A stretch of 64,000 nt of DNA from Angustibacter luteus (GTDB taxonomy: Bacteria; Actinomycetota; Actinomycetes; Actinomycetales; Angustibacteraceae), in the NCBI RefSeq assembly GCF_039541115.1, contig NZ_BAABFP010000008.1, positions 62,001 to 126,000 of the forward strand. The letters run 5' to 3'. The position numbers and the translations under genes are program-made. Below, piece after piece: positions 9,601 through 19,564 of this stretch (its first letter is position 1; every line of letters begins with the position of its first letter). The notes beneath the pieces were generated by a model. That model did no database searches and was not told the origin of the DNA. It worked only from the letters and a program-made list of their open reading frames with translations.

Positions 9601-12139
9601 GCGTGAGCTCGTCCGAGCTGGCGTCCTTGACCGCGGCCTGGGTGAAGGGCCAGGGGTAGCTGCGGCCGGTGGCCCAGTGGTCGACCTGGTCGTCGTAGTG
9701 CGCGTCGTAGGCGTGCCCGGACGCGCCGGTCAGGTTCACCCAGGTCGACTTGTCGAGGTCGGACAGGTCCACCACCATCCGCATCGACGGCACGGCGGTC
9801 ACCTCGTAGCCCTCGGCCGCGTTCCACCCGGTGGCGTCGACCAGGCCGGACCCGCCGCCGAGCTCGATCGGGCCGCGGTTGACCATGGCCCGGATCGGCC
9901 CCGGCACCGACGGGCCGCCCAGCGGCGTGTGCTCGAGCTCGAGCCGGTGCAGCCGGCCCCACTGCCAGCGCGACGCGTCCTTGCCGAGCTGGCGGGTCAG
10001 CTCCAGCCGCGCCGACACCATCGCCTGGCGCACGATCTCGTCCCGGTTCTCGATGGCGCCCGGCGTGGCCCGGTTGTCCCACCACGGGTCGCTCTTGCGC
10101 TTGAGCAAGGTGGTGACGACCTGGAACCAGCGGTCCCCGCCGTCGGCCTGCAGGTCGTCCCCGAGCTCGTCGTCAAAGCCCAGCCGCATCAGGTTGCGCC
10201 ACACCGCGTTGTAGTACGCGGCGGCCGCGGAGTCTGGTGGCTGGGTGTAGTTCCAGCCCTTGAGCAGCTGCTGCGCCTCGCGGGTGAACGCGTCGTCCGA
10301 CAGGTCCGTGGCCAGCAGCAGCGGCACGAGCGTGGGCGCCATGCCGTTGCGGTTGTCGAACTGGATCTTCGCCATGTCCGCGGCGGTCAGCCCGGTGCGG
10401 CCCTGCAGCAGGTCCCGGATCCGCTGCGAGCGGTAGCCGTAGGACCAGTCCTGGGTCAGGTACGGGTCGTCCGCAGCCTGGACCTGCTGGTTCGCGGTCA
10501 CCACGAAACCCTCGGGCGGGTTCTCGACGGACGGCATCTGCGCGAACGGGACGTACGAGGCCCACCGGTAGCGGCTGGACCAGCCCGGCACCGGCCAGCG
10601 GCCGTCGAAGCCCTCGCGCACCGGGACCTTGCCCGGGGACTGGTAGCCGATGTTGCCGTCGACGTCGGCGTACACGAGGTTCTGCGACGGCACCTCGAAC
10701 TGTGCGGCCGCGGCGCGGAACGACGGCCAGTCGGTCGCGGTGTCGATGGCGAAGATCGCGTCCGCGGTCCGCCCCGGGCTCAGCGCCGTCCAGGACAGCG
10801 CGACGTCGTACGTCGGCGCCTCGGCGTCGTTGTCCCGGTAGTCGCGGCCGGCGTCCTTCACGTCGTCGAGGACGTCGGACAGCAGCGGCCCGTGCCGGGT
10901 GGTGCGGACGGTCAGCGGGACGTCGTCCCCGCCGCGCACCTTGATCGTCTCCTCCCGGGACTCCACCTGGGTGTACCGGCCGTCGTACTCGACCTTGTCG
11001 CCGACGAGACGCTCGAGGAACAGGTCGGTGACGTCGGGCGCGAGGTTGGTGAACCCCCAGGCGACCCGGGCGTTGTGGCCGATGATGACGCCCGGCGTCC
11101 CGGAGAAGGTGAACCCGGCCACGTCGAACGGGCACTGGGCACTGACCGTGCGGCAGTGCAGGCCCATCTGGTACCAGAGGCTGGGGATCGCCGGCGACAG
11201 GTGCGGGTCGTTGGCCAGCATCGGCTTGCCGCTCTTGGTCATCGACCCCGCGACGACCCAGGAGTTGGAGCCGATGCCGTCACCGCGGCCCATCAGCTCG
11301 GGCACCGACGCGAGCGCCTTCTGGGCCAGCGCGAGGGCCGAGCGCCCGGACGGCGCCTGCGCGGCCCGCACGGTGCCGGACGGAACGGCGGCCGCGCTGC
11401 CGGCGCCGACCGTCGAACCGGTCGCGGTGTCGGCCTCGGACAGGATCGGCGCGTGGTCCTTGGTCGGGTACGGCGGGTACAGCTGCTCGATCCGCCGGGT
11501 GGACAGGTACGCCGAGAGCCGGGCCCGGGTGATCTCGTCGTCGTAGTTGCTCTTCAGGTCCCAGGCCATCGCCTTGAGCCAGGCCAGCGAGTCCACCGGC
11601 GTCCACGGCTCCACGTGGTAGTCGGGCAGCTGCAGGTCCAGCACCGCGTACTCCACGCCGAGCTCGGACGTCGAGCGGCCCGAGATGTAGGCGTTGACCC
11701 CGTCGGCGTACGCCTGCAGGTACTGCCGGCTCGACGGGGACAGCAGCGGCAGCTCCTGCTCGGCGACCCGCCGCCAGCCCAGGGTGCGCACGACCTTGTC
11801 GGCGTCCAACGCGTCCTTGCTCTCCCCCACCAGCTCCGAGAGCCGGCCCGCGGTGATGTGCCGGCGCAGGTCCATCTCGAAGAAGCGGTCCTGGGCCTGC
11901 ACGTAGCCCTGCGCGGCGAACAGGTCGTCGGCGGTGTCCGCGTACACCTGGGGCACGCCCTGGTCGTCGCGCAGCACGGTGACCGGGGCACTCAGGCCGG
12001 GCACGTCGACGTCCCCGCCGCGGTCCGGGAAGGACCGCCGGACCACCGTCGTGACGGCGATCGTGGCCACCAGCGCGACCACGACGAGCGCGGCGCAGAC
12101 GACGACGAGGACACGAACGATCGGGTTCAGGCGGGCCAC
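9584..12139 (-). CDS. Penicillin acylase (Ntn hydrolase, S45) family protein
   Basis: N-terminal TM, AQGYVQAQDRFFEMD, GSNSWVV nucleophile site, ANDPHL. Confidence 0.93.
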   Translation of the reverse strand: MARLNPIVRVLVVVCAALVVVALVATIAVTTVVRRSFPDRGGDVDVPGLSAPVTVLRDDQGVPQVYADTADDLFAAQGYVQAQDRFFEMDLRRHITAGRLSELVGESKDALDADKVVRTLGWRRVAEQELPLLSPSSRQYLQAYADGVNAYISGRSTSELGVEYAVLDLQLPDYHVEPWTPVDSLAWLKAMAWDLKSNYDDEITRARLSAYLSTRRIEQLYPPYPTKDHAPILSEADTATGSTVGAGSAAAVPSGTVRAAQAPSGRSALALAQKALASVPELMGRGDGIGSNSWVVAGSMTKSGKPMLANDPHLSPAIPSLWYQMGLHCRTVSAQCPFDVAGFTFSGTPGVIIGHNARVAWGFTNLAPDVTDLFLERLVGDKVEYDGRYTQVESREETIKVRGGDDVPLTVRTTRHGPLLSDVLDDVKDAGRDYRDNDAEAPTYDVALSWTALSPGRTADAIFAIDTATDWPSFRAAAAQFEVPSQNLVYADVDGNIGYQSPGKVPVREGFDGRWPVPGWSSRYRWASYVPFAQMPSVENPPEGFVVTANQQVQAADDPYLTQDWSYGYRSQRIRDLLQGRTGLTAADMAKIQFDNRNGMAPTLVPLLLATDLSDDAFTREAQQLLKGWNYTQPPDSAAAAYYNAVWRNLMRLGFDDELGDDLQADGGDRWFQVVTTLLKRKSDPWWDNRATPGAIENRDEIVRQAMVSARLELTRQLGKDASRWQWGRLHRLELEHTPLGGPSVPGPIRAMVNRGPIELGGGSGLVDATGWNAAEGYEVTAVPSMRMVVDLSDLDKSTWVNLTGASGHAYDAHYDDQVDHWATGRSYPWPFTQAAVKDASSDELTLKPGS

Positions 12140-12216
12140 GCTGCGAGACTAAGCCACCTGCACCCCCGCACCGGACACTGGAGGCCGCGAGTGACCTCAC
12201 GAACTGGGCACGGCTG

Positions 12217-13743
12217 GTGACAGTCGACCTGCTCAACCAGTCGCTGCTCGTGGGCGCCGTGGTGGTGCTGGTGGCCGTCGCCGCGGTGCGGTTCTCGTTG
12301 TCCTCCGGGCTGCCCTCGCTGCTGCTCTACCTCGGGCTCGGCGTGGTGCTGGGCGAGGCCGGCCCGCTGGGGATCAAGTTCGACAACCAGGAGCTCACCC
12401 AGGTGCTCGGCTTCAGCGCGCTGGCGCTGATCCTGGCCGAGGGCGGCCTGACCACCCGCTGGACGACGGTCCGGCACGCCCTCGCACCGGCGTCCGTGCT
12501 GGCCACCGTGGGCGTCCTCGTGTCGGTGCTGGTCGTCGGCGCCGCCGCGCACCTGCTGCTCGACCTGCCCTGGACCGTGGCCATGCTCGTCGGTGCCGTG
12601 CTCTCCTCCACCGACGCCGCCGCCGTGTTCTCGGTGCTGCGCCGGGTGCCGATCCACCCGCGGCTGGCCGGGGTGCTGGAGGCCGAGTCCGGGCTGAACG
12701 ACGCCCCCGTCGTGCTGCTGGTCGTGGTGCTGTCCGAGCAGGCGACCAGCCACGGCGCGCACCACACCTGGTACGAGCTGGTCGCGCTCGGCGTGTTCGA
12801 GCTCGCCGCGGGCGCTGCGATCGGCCTGGCCATCGGCTGGCTCGGGGCCCAGGGGTTGCGCCGGCTCGCCCTCCCGTCGTCCGCGCTCACCTCGCTGGCC
12901 GTGCTCGCGCTGACCATCACCGCCTACGCCCTCGGCGCGAACCTGCACGCCTCCGGCTTCCTCGCGGTCTACGTGGCGGGGCTGGTGCTCGGGAACGCCG
13001 AGATGCCGCACCGGGCGGCGGTCCGCGGCTTCGCCGAGGCCGTCGGCTGGCTCGCCCAGATCGGCCTGTTCGTACTGCTCGGGTTGCTCGCGTCGCCGAG
13101 CGACCTGCGCGACCAGCTGTGGCCCGCCCTGGCCCTCGGCGCGGTGCTGCTGCTGCTCGCCCGACCGCTGTCCGTGCTCGTCTCGCTCACGCCGTTCCGG
13201 ATGCCGTGGCGCCAGCAGGCGTTCCTGTCCTGGGCGGGCCTGCGCGGCGCCGTCCCGGTCGTGCTGGCCACCGTGCCGGTGACCACCGGTGTGCCCGGGG
13301 TGGAGTGGCTGTTCGACCTGGTCTTCGTCCTGGTCGTCGTGTTCACCCTGGTGCAGGGCCCCACGCTGCCGTTCATGGCGCGCAAGCTGGGGGTCGAGCA
13401 CACGATGGACAGCCGCGACCTGGCTGTCGAGTCCGCCCCGCTGGACGAGCTGGGCGCCGAGATCCTGCAGGTCAGGATCGGGCAGGACTCGCGGCTGCAC
13501 GGCCTGGAGGTCTTCGAGCTGCGGCTGCCCCGCGGCGCGAACATCGCCCTGGTCGTCCGCGAGGGCGAGAGCTTCGTGCCGGGCGACCGCACCGTGCTGC
13601 GCCGGGGCGACCAGCTGCTCGTGGTCGCCACCCAGAAGGTCCGGCGGGACACCCAGCGCCGGCTGCGCGCGCTCAGCATGGGGGGCCGGCTCGCGCTGTG
13701 GGGCAAGCGGGCGGAACGCCAGCCGGGCCGGCGGCTACCGTAG
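12217..13743 (+). CDS. cvrA: K+/H+ antiporter (CvrA/NhaP2-type) with TrkA-C domain
   Basis: LILAEGGL, SSTDAAAVF, EAESGLND, WAGLRGAVP; many TMs. Confidence 0.9.
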   Translation: MTVDLLNQSLLVGAVVVLVAVAAVRFSLSSGLPSLLLYLGLGVVLGEAGPLGIKFDNQELTQVLGFSALALILAEGGLTTRWTTVRHALAPASVLATVGVLVSVLVVGAAAHLLLDLPWTVAMLVGAVLSSTDAAAVFSVLRRVPIHPRLAGVLEAESGLNDAPVVLLVVVLSEQATSHGAHHTWYELVALGVFELAAGAAIGLAIGWLGAQGLRRLALPSSALTSLAVLALTITAYALGANLHASGFLAVYVAGLVLGNAEMPHRAAVRGFAEAVGWLAQIGLFVLLGLLASPSDLRDQLWPALALGAVLLLLARPLSVLVSLTPFRMPWRQQAFLSWAGLRGAVPVVLATVPVTTGVPGVEWLFDLVFVLVVVFTLVQGPTLPFMARKLGVEHTMDSRDLAVESAPLDELGAEILQVRIGQDSRLHGLEVFELRLPRGANIALVVREGESFVPGDRTVLRRGDQLLVVATQKVRRDTQRRLRALSMGGRLALWGKRAERQPGRRLP

Positions 13744-13747
13744 CCGG

Positions 13748-14410
13748 GTGACCAGTGCGGCGGTGGCCCCGACCACCGGAGGGCCACGCGCCGTGCGCGC
13801 GGGTGCCTTCGCGCTGGCCGCGGTGAGCCTGTCGCTCGCCGCGCACACCATCGCCGGTGGTCCGCTGCCCGCTCCGCTCGCCCTGCTCACCGCGGTGGTC
13901 GGCGTCGGCTGCGTGGCGGTCGCCGCGACGGGGCGCCGGATCGGCGGCCTCGGCATCGGGGCCGGCCTGGTCGCGATGCAGGGGCTGCTGCACGTCTGGT
14001 TCTCGCTGACCGGCGGGCACGGCTGCGACGTCGGCGGCATCGTGCTGTCCGGTCACCACCACGGTGCGGCGGCCTGCGCGCAGGGGGTGAGCGCGGCGGC
14101 CACCGCGTCGCACCCGGCAACCTCGTCGAGCGCCGGTGGGATGAGTGGCCTGGCGATGCCGGTCGCGCACGTCCTGGCCGTGCTGCTCACCAGCGCGCTG
14201 CTGGCCCGCGGCGAGCGGGCGCTGTGGCAGCTGGCCACCCTCGCCCGCACCTACCTCACCTCCGGGTCGCTCGTCCCGGCCCGCGCCACGGTGGACGCGG
14301 CGCCCGCCGTCCGGCGTCCGGCACCGGTCGACGTCCGGGTGACCGGGCCGGCGGACCCGGGCCGCACGGCAATCGGGCGGCGCGGGCCGCCCGCGCTCGC
14401 CTGCGGCTGA
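13748..14410 (+). CDS. His/Cys-containing membrane protein ending in RGPP, upstream of copC
   Basis: About 4 hydrophobic segments, LAAH, QGLLHVW, GHGC, GHHHG, AHVLA, C-terminal RRGPPALACG; start inferred. Confidence 0.7.
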   Translation: MTSAAVAPTTGGPRAVRAGAFALAAVSLSLAAHTIAGGPLPAPLALLTAVVGVGCVAVAATGRRIGGLGIGAGLVAMQGLLHVWFSLTGGHGCDVGGIVLSGHHHGAAACAQGVSAAATASHPATSSSAGGMSGLAMPVAHVLAVLLTSALLARGERALWQLATLARTYLTSGSLVPARATVDAAPAVRRPAPVDVRVTGPADPGRTAIGRRGPPALACG

Positions 14411-14495
14411 GCGCCCCCGCGTGCGGGGGGCCGGCCGCTGCCGACCCATCTCACCCGTCCCGGCGCACCCGCGCCGCCGCACCACCGGAGCGCCC

Positions 14496-15101
14496 ATGCC
14501 CCGTCCTGCACCCGCCCGCCCATGGCCGGCCCTCGCCGCGCTGCTGACCCTTGTCACCGCCCTCCTCCTGGTCGGTGCTCCCACCGCCCAGGCGCACGAC
14601 CAGCTCAAGAGCACGACCCCCGCCGACGGTTCCCGGGTGAGTGGCCCGTCCGTCGTCCGGGTCACCTTCGGCGAGCCGGTGCTCGACGTCGGGAGCGGCA
14701 ACCGGATCGTCGTCGTCGGACCCGCGGGACGGGTGCCCGGCCACCTTGCCGTGGACGGCGCGGTGGTGAGCACCACGTTCGACCAGCCGCTGCCGGCCGG
14801 GCGGTACACCGCCACCTGGCGGGTGGCCTCGGACGACGGTCACCCGGTCTCGGGGACGTTCCACTTCACGTCGCTGGGTACCACTGCGAGCGCCACGCCC
14901 AGCGCCACGCCCAGCGCCACCCCGAGCGCGGATCCGTCCTCGACCACCGCCACCCCGGTACCGTCGTCCTCGAGCGCGCACGAGGACGAGGACCAGGCAG
15001 GCGGCCCAGGACGGGTCCTGCTGCTGGTGCTGATCGTGGGCGCGGCGCTCAGCGCCGGCACGATCGTGCTGGCGAAGCGTCGGCAGCGGGAGGCGCCGTG
15101 A
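14496..15101 (+). CDS. copC: Copper resistance protein CopC with C-terminal TM anchor
   Basis: Signal peptide ending AQA|HDQL, WRVASDDGHPVSG; SATP linker repeats at 14889-14924. Confidence 0.9.
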   Translation: MPRPAPARPWPALAALLTLVTALLLVGAPTAQAHDQLKSTTPADGSRVSGPSVVRVTFGEPVLDVGSGNRIVVVGPAGRVPGHLAVDGAVVSTTFDQPLPAGRYTATWRVASDDGHPVSGTFHFTSLGTTASATPSATPSATPSADPSSTTATPVPSSSSAHEDEDQAGGPGRVLLLVLIVGAALSAGTIVLAKRRQREAP

Positions 15102-15625
15102 GCACCGACTACGCCCCGGCCTGGCGGCTGTGGCTGGCCACCGTGCTGCGCCTCGTGCTGGCCGGGGTGCTCATCGTCGCTGGGTGGCTGAAGCTGCCGG
15201 AGCCCGCCGCGTCCGTCCGGGCGGTCCGGGCCTACCAGCTGCTGCCCGAGTCGGTCGTGCCGTCCGTCGGCCACGCCCTGCCGCTGCTCGAGATCATCGT
15301 CGGGGTGCTGCTGCTCGTCGGTCTGGCGACCCGCTTCGCCGCCGCGGTGGCAGGCCTGCTGATGCTGGCCTTCATCATCGGCATCTCCTCCGCGTGGGCT
15401 CGCGGCCTGACCATCGACTGCGGCTGCTTCGGCGGTGGCGGAACGGTCGCGGCCAACCAGACCAAGTACGCGCAGGAGATCGCGCGGGACGTCGGGCTGC
15501 TGCTGGCGGCCGCGTTCCTGGTGGTCTGGCCGGCCAGCCGCCTCTCGATCGACCACACCCCGTCCGCGGGCAGGGACCCCATGACTGACACCGAACCGTT
15601 GACCGAGAAGGAGACCGGACGATGA
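15098..15625 (+). CDS. MauE/DoxX family redox-associated membrane protein
   Basis: AVRAYQLLP, LPLLEIIVG, RGLTIDCGCFGGGG, RDVGL. Confidence 0.88.
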   Translation: MSTDYAPAWRLWLATVLRLVLAGVLIVAGWLKLPEPAASVRAVRAYQLLPESVVPSVGHALPLLEIIVGVLLLVGLATRFAAAVAGLLMLAFIIGISSAWARGLTIDCGCFGGGGTVAANQTKYAQEIARDVGLLLAAAFLVVWPASRLSIDHTPSAGRDPMTDTEPLTEKETGR

Positions 15626-16374
15626 CCTCTGGCAAAGCATCCCGCGACGACCGCGAAGCCAAGGCAGCCGAGCGGCGGGCCGCCGTCGCGAAGAAGGAGG
15701 CCCGGCGCCGCAACGGCATCATCACCGCGGTGGTGGCCGTCGTCGTCCTCGTCGTCGTCGGCGCGTACGTCCTGGTGCAGAACGACAACAGCTCGCAGAC
15801 GTCCAGCAGCTCGGCCTCGCCCAAGGCGACGACCGGCAAGCAGAACCAGTCGATCCTGCTGGGCTCGGCGTCGGCGACTGTGGTCGTGGACGCCTACGAG
15901 GACTTCCAGTGCCCGATCTGCAAGCAGTTCGAGGAGCAGTCGGGGCCGCTGCTCAAGCAGTACCTGGACCAGAAGCTCATCAAGATCAACTACCGCCCGA
16001 TCGCCATCCTGGACAACGCGTCGACCACCCAGTACTCGACCCGGGCCCTGAACAGCGCGGGGTGCGTGGTCAACACCAGCCTGGACGCGTTCCCCAAGTA
16101 CCACGCGCTGCTGTTCGCGAACCAGCCGCCGGAGAACAGCGCGGGCCTGCCGGACAGCAAGCTCATCGAGCTCGCCAAGCAAGCCGGCGCGACGGACGTG
16201 AGCACCTGCATCAACGACCAGACCTTCAAGGGCTGGACGCAGCGCGTCACCGAACAGGCGAGCAAGGACAAGGTGGTCGGGACGCCGACGATCCTGGTGA
16301 ACGGCACCGTGGTCCAGGACTGGCAGCCGGCGAACCTGAAGACGGTCATCGACGCCGCACTGAAGAACGGCTGA
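15622..16374 (+). CDS. Membrane-anchored DsbA-type thiol-disulfide oxidoreductase
   Basis: YEDFQCPICKQFE, GTPTILVNG, one TM. Confidence 0.9.
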   Translation: MTSGKASRDDREAKAAERRAAVAKKEARRRNGIITAVVAVVVLVVVGAYVLVQNDNSSQTSSSSASPKATTGKQNQSILLGSASATVVVDAYEDFQCPICKQFEEQSGPLLKQYLDQKLIKINYRPIAILDNASTTQYSTRALNSAGCVVNTSLDAFPKYHALLFANQPPENSAGLPDSKLIELAKQAGATDVSTCINDQTFKGWTQRVTEQASKDKVVGTPTILVNGTVVQDWQPANLKTVIDAALKNG

Positions 16375-16395
16375 GCCCTTCGAAGGGTCCCCCGC

Positions 16396-17517
16396 TCAGC
16401 CCGGCTGCGGCCCCGGGTACACCTCGACCTCCGTCGCCTTGACGGAGAGCCACACGGTGGACCCGGGCCGCAGGCCGAGCTCGGCGACCGCCGCTGCGGT
16501 GACGTCCACGAGCAGGGACGGCCGGCCCTCGACGTGCACCCGCACCCTGTCGTGCAACGGTTCGAGGCCGTCCACGACCCCCGGCCAGACGTTGCGGGCG
16601 CTGCCCGGGCCCGGCTCGGCGGTCAGCAGGCTCACCGCCGAGGGAGGGACGGCGACCAGCACCCGGGCCCCCGGCAGCTGGTCCCCGGTGCCCTGCAGAC
16701 CGCCGCCGTCGTCCAAGCGGACGTGACCACCGGACTCGGCGGCGCCGGCCAGCAGGTTCAACCCGACCAGGCGGGCGACGTAGTCGGTCGCCGGCCGCCG
16801 GGCGACGTCGGCCGGGCGGCCGCGCTGGACGACGCGACCGCCCTCGACGACGACCAGCCGGTCCGCCATCACCATGGCCTCGACCGGGTCGTGCGAGACG
16901 ACCACCACGGGTCCGCCGAAGTCCACCAGGTGCCGGCGCAGGGCGACCCGCACCTCGAGCCGGGCGCGGGCGTCGAGCGCGGCCAGCGGCTCGTCGAGCA
17001 GCAGGGCCTGCGGGCGGCGGGCCAGCGCGCGGGCCAGCGCGACCCGCTGCGCCTGACCACCCGACAGCTGGCTGGGACGGCGGTCGGCCAGCCCGTCGAC
17101 GTCCAGCCGGGTGAGCCAGTCCCGAGCCTCGGCTCGGGCCTGGCGCCGCGACGCCCCGCTCGAGCGGGCGGCGAAGGCGACGTTGTCCAGCACCGACAGG
17201 TGCGGGAACAGCCGGTAGTCCTGGAAGACCAGTCCGACCGGCCGTTCCTCGGGCGGCACGAAGACGTCGGCGCCGTCGTCGAGCAGCCGGCCGCCCAGCT
17301 CGATCCGCCCGCGCTGCAACGGTTCCAGGCCGGCGATCGCGCGCAGCAGGGTCGTCTTGCCGGCACCGTTGGGCCCGAGCAGCACCACGACCTCGCCGGG
17401 ATCGACGTCCACCTCGAGCTCGACCGTAAAGGCGCCGCGGGTGATCGCTCCGTGCACCCGCAGCCCTGAGGAACCCAGCCCTGAGGAACCCAGCCCTGAG
17501 GAGTCCACCCCGCTCAT
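16396..17517 (-). CDS. modC: Molybdate ABC transporter ATP-binding subunit
   Basis: GPNGAGKT, LSGGQAQR, LLLDEP, C-terminal TOBE (VKATEV). Confidence 0.92.
   Translation of the reverse strand: MSGVDSSGLGSSGLGSSGLRVHGAITRGAFTVELEVDVDPGEVVVLLGPNGAGKTTLLRAIAGLEPLQRGRIELGGRLLDDGADVFVPPEERPVGLVFQDYRLFPHLSVLDNVAFAARSSGASRRQARAEARDWLTRLDVDGLADRRPSQLSGGQAQRVALARALARRPQALLLDEPLAALDARARLEVRVALRRHLVDFGGPVVVVSHDPVEAMVMADRLVVVEGGRVVQRGRPADVARRPATDYVARLVGLNLLAGAAESGGHVRLDDGGGLQGTGDQLPGARVLVAVPPSAVSLLTAEPGPGSARNVWPGVVDGLEPLHDRVRVHVEGRPSLLVDVTAAAVAELGLRPGSTVWLSVKATEVEVYPGPQPG
17461..17502. repeat. 15-bp tandem repeat (cagccctgaggaacc, about 2.8 copies) encoding SSGLG
   Basis: Read directly; in-frame near the modC start. 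Confidence 0.85.
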
Positions 17518-18320
17518 GAGGCGACCCCGGTGCGCAGCCACCGGTCGCGCAGCAGCACCAGCACCGTGACGGACACGACGAGCAGCACCAGCGAGAGCGC
17601 GATGGCGGCGTCCGGGTCGGTCTGCAACGCGATGTAGACGGCGACCGGCATCGTCTGGGTGCGGCCCGGGAAGTTGCCGGCGAAGGTGATGGTGGCGCCG
17701 AACTCGCCGAGCGCTCGGGCCCAGGACAGCACCGCGCCGGCCACCAGCGACGGCGCGACCAGCGGCAGGGTGACCCGCCGGAACACCGTCATCCGGCTCG
17801 CGCCCAGGGTGGCGGCGGCCTCGTCCATGCCGCGGTCGGCGCTGCGGAACGCGCCTTCCAGCGTCAGCACCAGGAACGGCATCGCGACGAACGCCTCGGC
17901 GATCACCACCGCCGCCGGGGTGAAGGGCAGGGTCAGTCCGAACCACTGGTCGAGGTACTGCCCGACCACGCCGCGCCGGCCGAGCGCCATCAGCAGCGCC
18001 ACCCCGCCGACGACCGGGGGCAGCACCAGCGGCACCGTCACCAGCGCGCGCAGCAGGGCCGTGCCGGGTAGCCGCGAGCGGGCCAGCACCCAGGCCAGCG
18101 GCACGCCGAGCACCACGCAGACGAGCGTGGCCAGGGTGGCGCTGACCAGCGACAGCTTCAGCGCGCTCGCCACCTGGCTGCTGGACAGCAGCTCGGGCAG
18201 GTTGCGCCAGGGGGCACGCACGAGCAGCGCGACGATCGGCAGGACGAGGAACGCGACGGCGAGCGCCGCGGGGACGGCCAGCGGCCAGGGCGCCCGGGCG
18301 GGCTGGCCGCGACGTTGCAT
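17514..18320 (-). CDS. modB: Molybdate ABC transporter permease
   Basis: PLVLPPVVGG, EAAATLGA, WARALGEFGATITFAGN. Confidence 0.95.
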   Translation of the reverse strand: MQRRGQPARAPWPLAVPAALAVAFLVLPIVALLVRAPWRNLPELLSSSQVASALKLSLVSATLATLVCVVLGVPLAWVLARSRLPGTALLRALVTVPLVLPPVVGGVALLMALGRRGVVGQYLDQWFGLTLPFTPAAVVIAEAFVAMPFLVLTLEGAFRSADRGMDEAAATLGASRMTVFRRVTLPLVAPSLVAGAVLSWARALGEFGATITFAGNFPGRTQTMPVAVYIALQTDPDAAIALSLVLLVVSVTVLVLLRDRWLRTGVAS

Positions 18321-18325
18321 GGACC

Positions 18326-19123
18326 TCAGGGTGCCTGGAATCCGGCCGCCGTCAAGGCTGCCGTGCCGGTGGGCGAGAGCACGTAGTCGACGAAGGCCTG
18401 CGCGGTCGCCGCGTTCTTCGAGCCCTTCAGCGCGGCGATGGGGTACGACGTGGAGGCGTTGACGTCGGCCGGGATCTCGACCCCGGCGACCTTGTCACCG
18501 GCGGACTTCACGTCGGTCACGTAGACCATGCCGGCGTCCACCTCGCCGAGGGTCACCTTGGCCAGCACGGCCTTCACGTCGGCCTCCTCGGTCACCGGCT
18601 TCACCGTGATGCCGGCGTTCGTGAAGACCTGGGCGGCGACGGTGCCGCACGGCACGGCGGCCTGGCAGAGGGCGACCTTGACGCCGGACCTGGCCAGGTC
18701 GTCCACGCCGGTCACCTTGGCCGGGTTGCTCGGCGGTACCGCGATCTCCATGACGTTCTTGGCGAAGTCCTGCGGGTTGGCGGCATCCCCGGCGTCGCTC
18801 ACCTGCGTCATGTTCTTCTTGCTGGCCGAGGCGAACACGTCGGCCGGCGCGCCCTGGGTGATCTGCTCGGCCAGTCCCGAGCTGGGACCGAAGCTGAAGG
18901 TCACCTTGGTGCCCGGGTGCGCCGCCTCGAAGCTCTTGCCGAGTGCGGTGAACGACTCGGTGAGCGACGCCGCCGCGAACACGGTGATCGTGCCGGTGAT
19001 GGCGGCGGACGACGTCGACGAGCCCCCAGCGCTCGTCGTGTCGTCGCTGTCGCCGCAGCCCGCCATGACCAGGGCCAGGGACGCCACGAGGGCGACGACG
19101 AGGGTACGGCGGAGGTTTCTCAC
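18326..19123 (-). CDS. modA: Molybdate-binding lipoprotein
   Basis: Lipobox MAGC, VFAAASL, GAPADVFASA, VPCG, DAGMVYVTD. Confidence 0.95.
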   Translation of the reverse strand: MRNLRRTLVVALVASLALVMAGCGDSDDTTSAGGSSTSSAAITGTITVFAAASLTESFTALGKSFEAAHPGTKVTFSFGPSSGLAEQITQGAPADVFASASKKNMTQVSDAGDAANPQDFAKNVMEIAVPPSNPAKVTGVDDLARSGVKVALCQAAVPCGTVAAQVFTNAGITVKPVTEEADVKAVLAKVTLGEVDAGMVYVTDVKSAGDKVAGVEIPADVNASTSYPIAALKGSKNAATAQAFVDYVLSPTGTAALTAAGFQAP

Positions 19124-19165
19124 GGCTGCTCCAGGTTCACGGCTGCTCCAGGTTCACGGCTGCTC
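19120..19165. repeat. 17-bp tandem repeat (tcacggctgctccaggt, about 2.7 copies) at the regulator-modA junction
   Basis: Copies at 19120, 19137 and a partial copy at 19154. Confidence 0.85.
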
Positions 19166-19564
19166 GGGCTTCTCGACGACGACGTGGGTGGACTTCACGG
19201 ACGCGACGGCCAGCACGCCGGGCTCGAGGCCGAGGTCGTCGGCGGCCTCGCGGCTCATCAGCGACACCAGCCGGTGCGGACCCGCCTGGACGTCCACCTG
19301 GGCCATCACCGTGTCGCGGACCACGCGGGTGACGAGCCCGACGAACCGGTTGCGCGCCGACTCGACCAGGATCGGTCGCGGGGCGGGGCGCTCGGCGGCG
19401 TCGGCGACCTCGGTGGCCAGCCGGGCGAGCTCCGCGCCGTCCACCACCAGCCGGCCCGCGCCGTCCGACTCGGTGGTCAGGCGTCCGGCGTCCACCCAGC
19501 GGCGCAGGGTGTCGTCACTGACGCCCAGCAGCTCGGCGGCCTCACGGATCCGGTACAGCGGCAC
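19154..19564 (-). CDS. HTH + TOBE molybdate-responsive regulator
   Basis: EAAELLGVSDDTLRRW, SARNRF, LGLEPG...VKST; heads modABC. Confidence 0.9.
   Translation of the reverse strand: MPLYRIREAAELLGVSDDTLRRWVDAGRLTTESDGAGRLVVDGAELARLATEVADAAERPAPRPILVESARNRFVGLVTRVVRDTVMAQVDVQAGPHRLVSLMSREAADDLGLEPGVLAVASVKSTHVVVEKPEQP

Noticed and set aside
6608..12220. 1870-aa plus-strand ORF
   Set aside because: Antisense shadow of galU, the diguanylate cyclase and penicillin acylase; no motifs, and stop codons are rare at this GC content.
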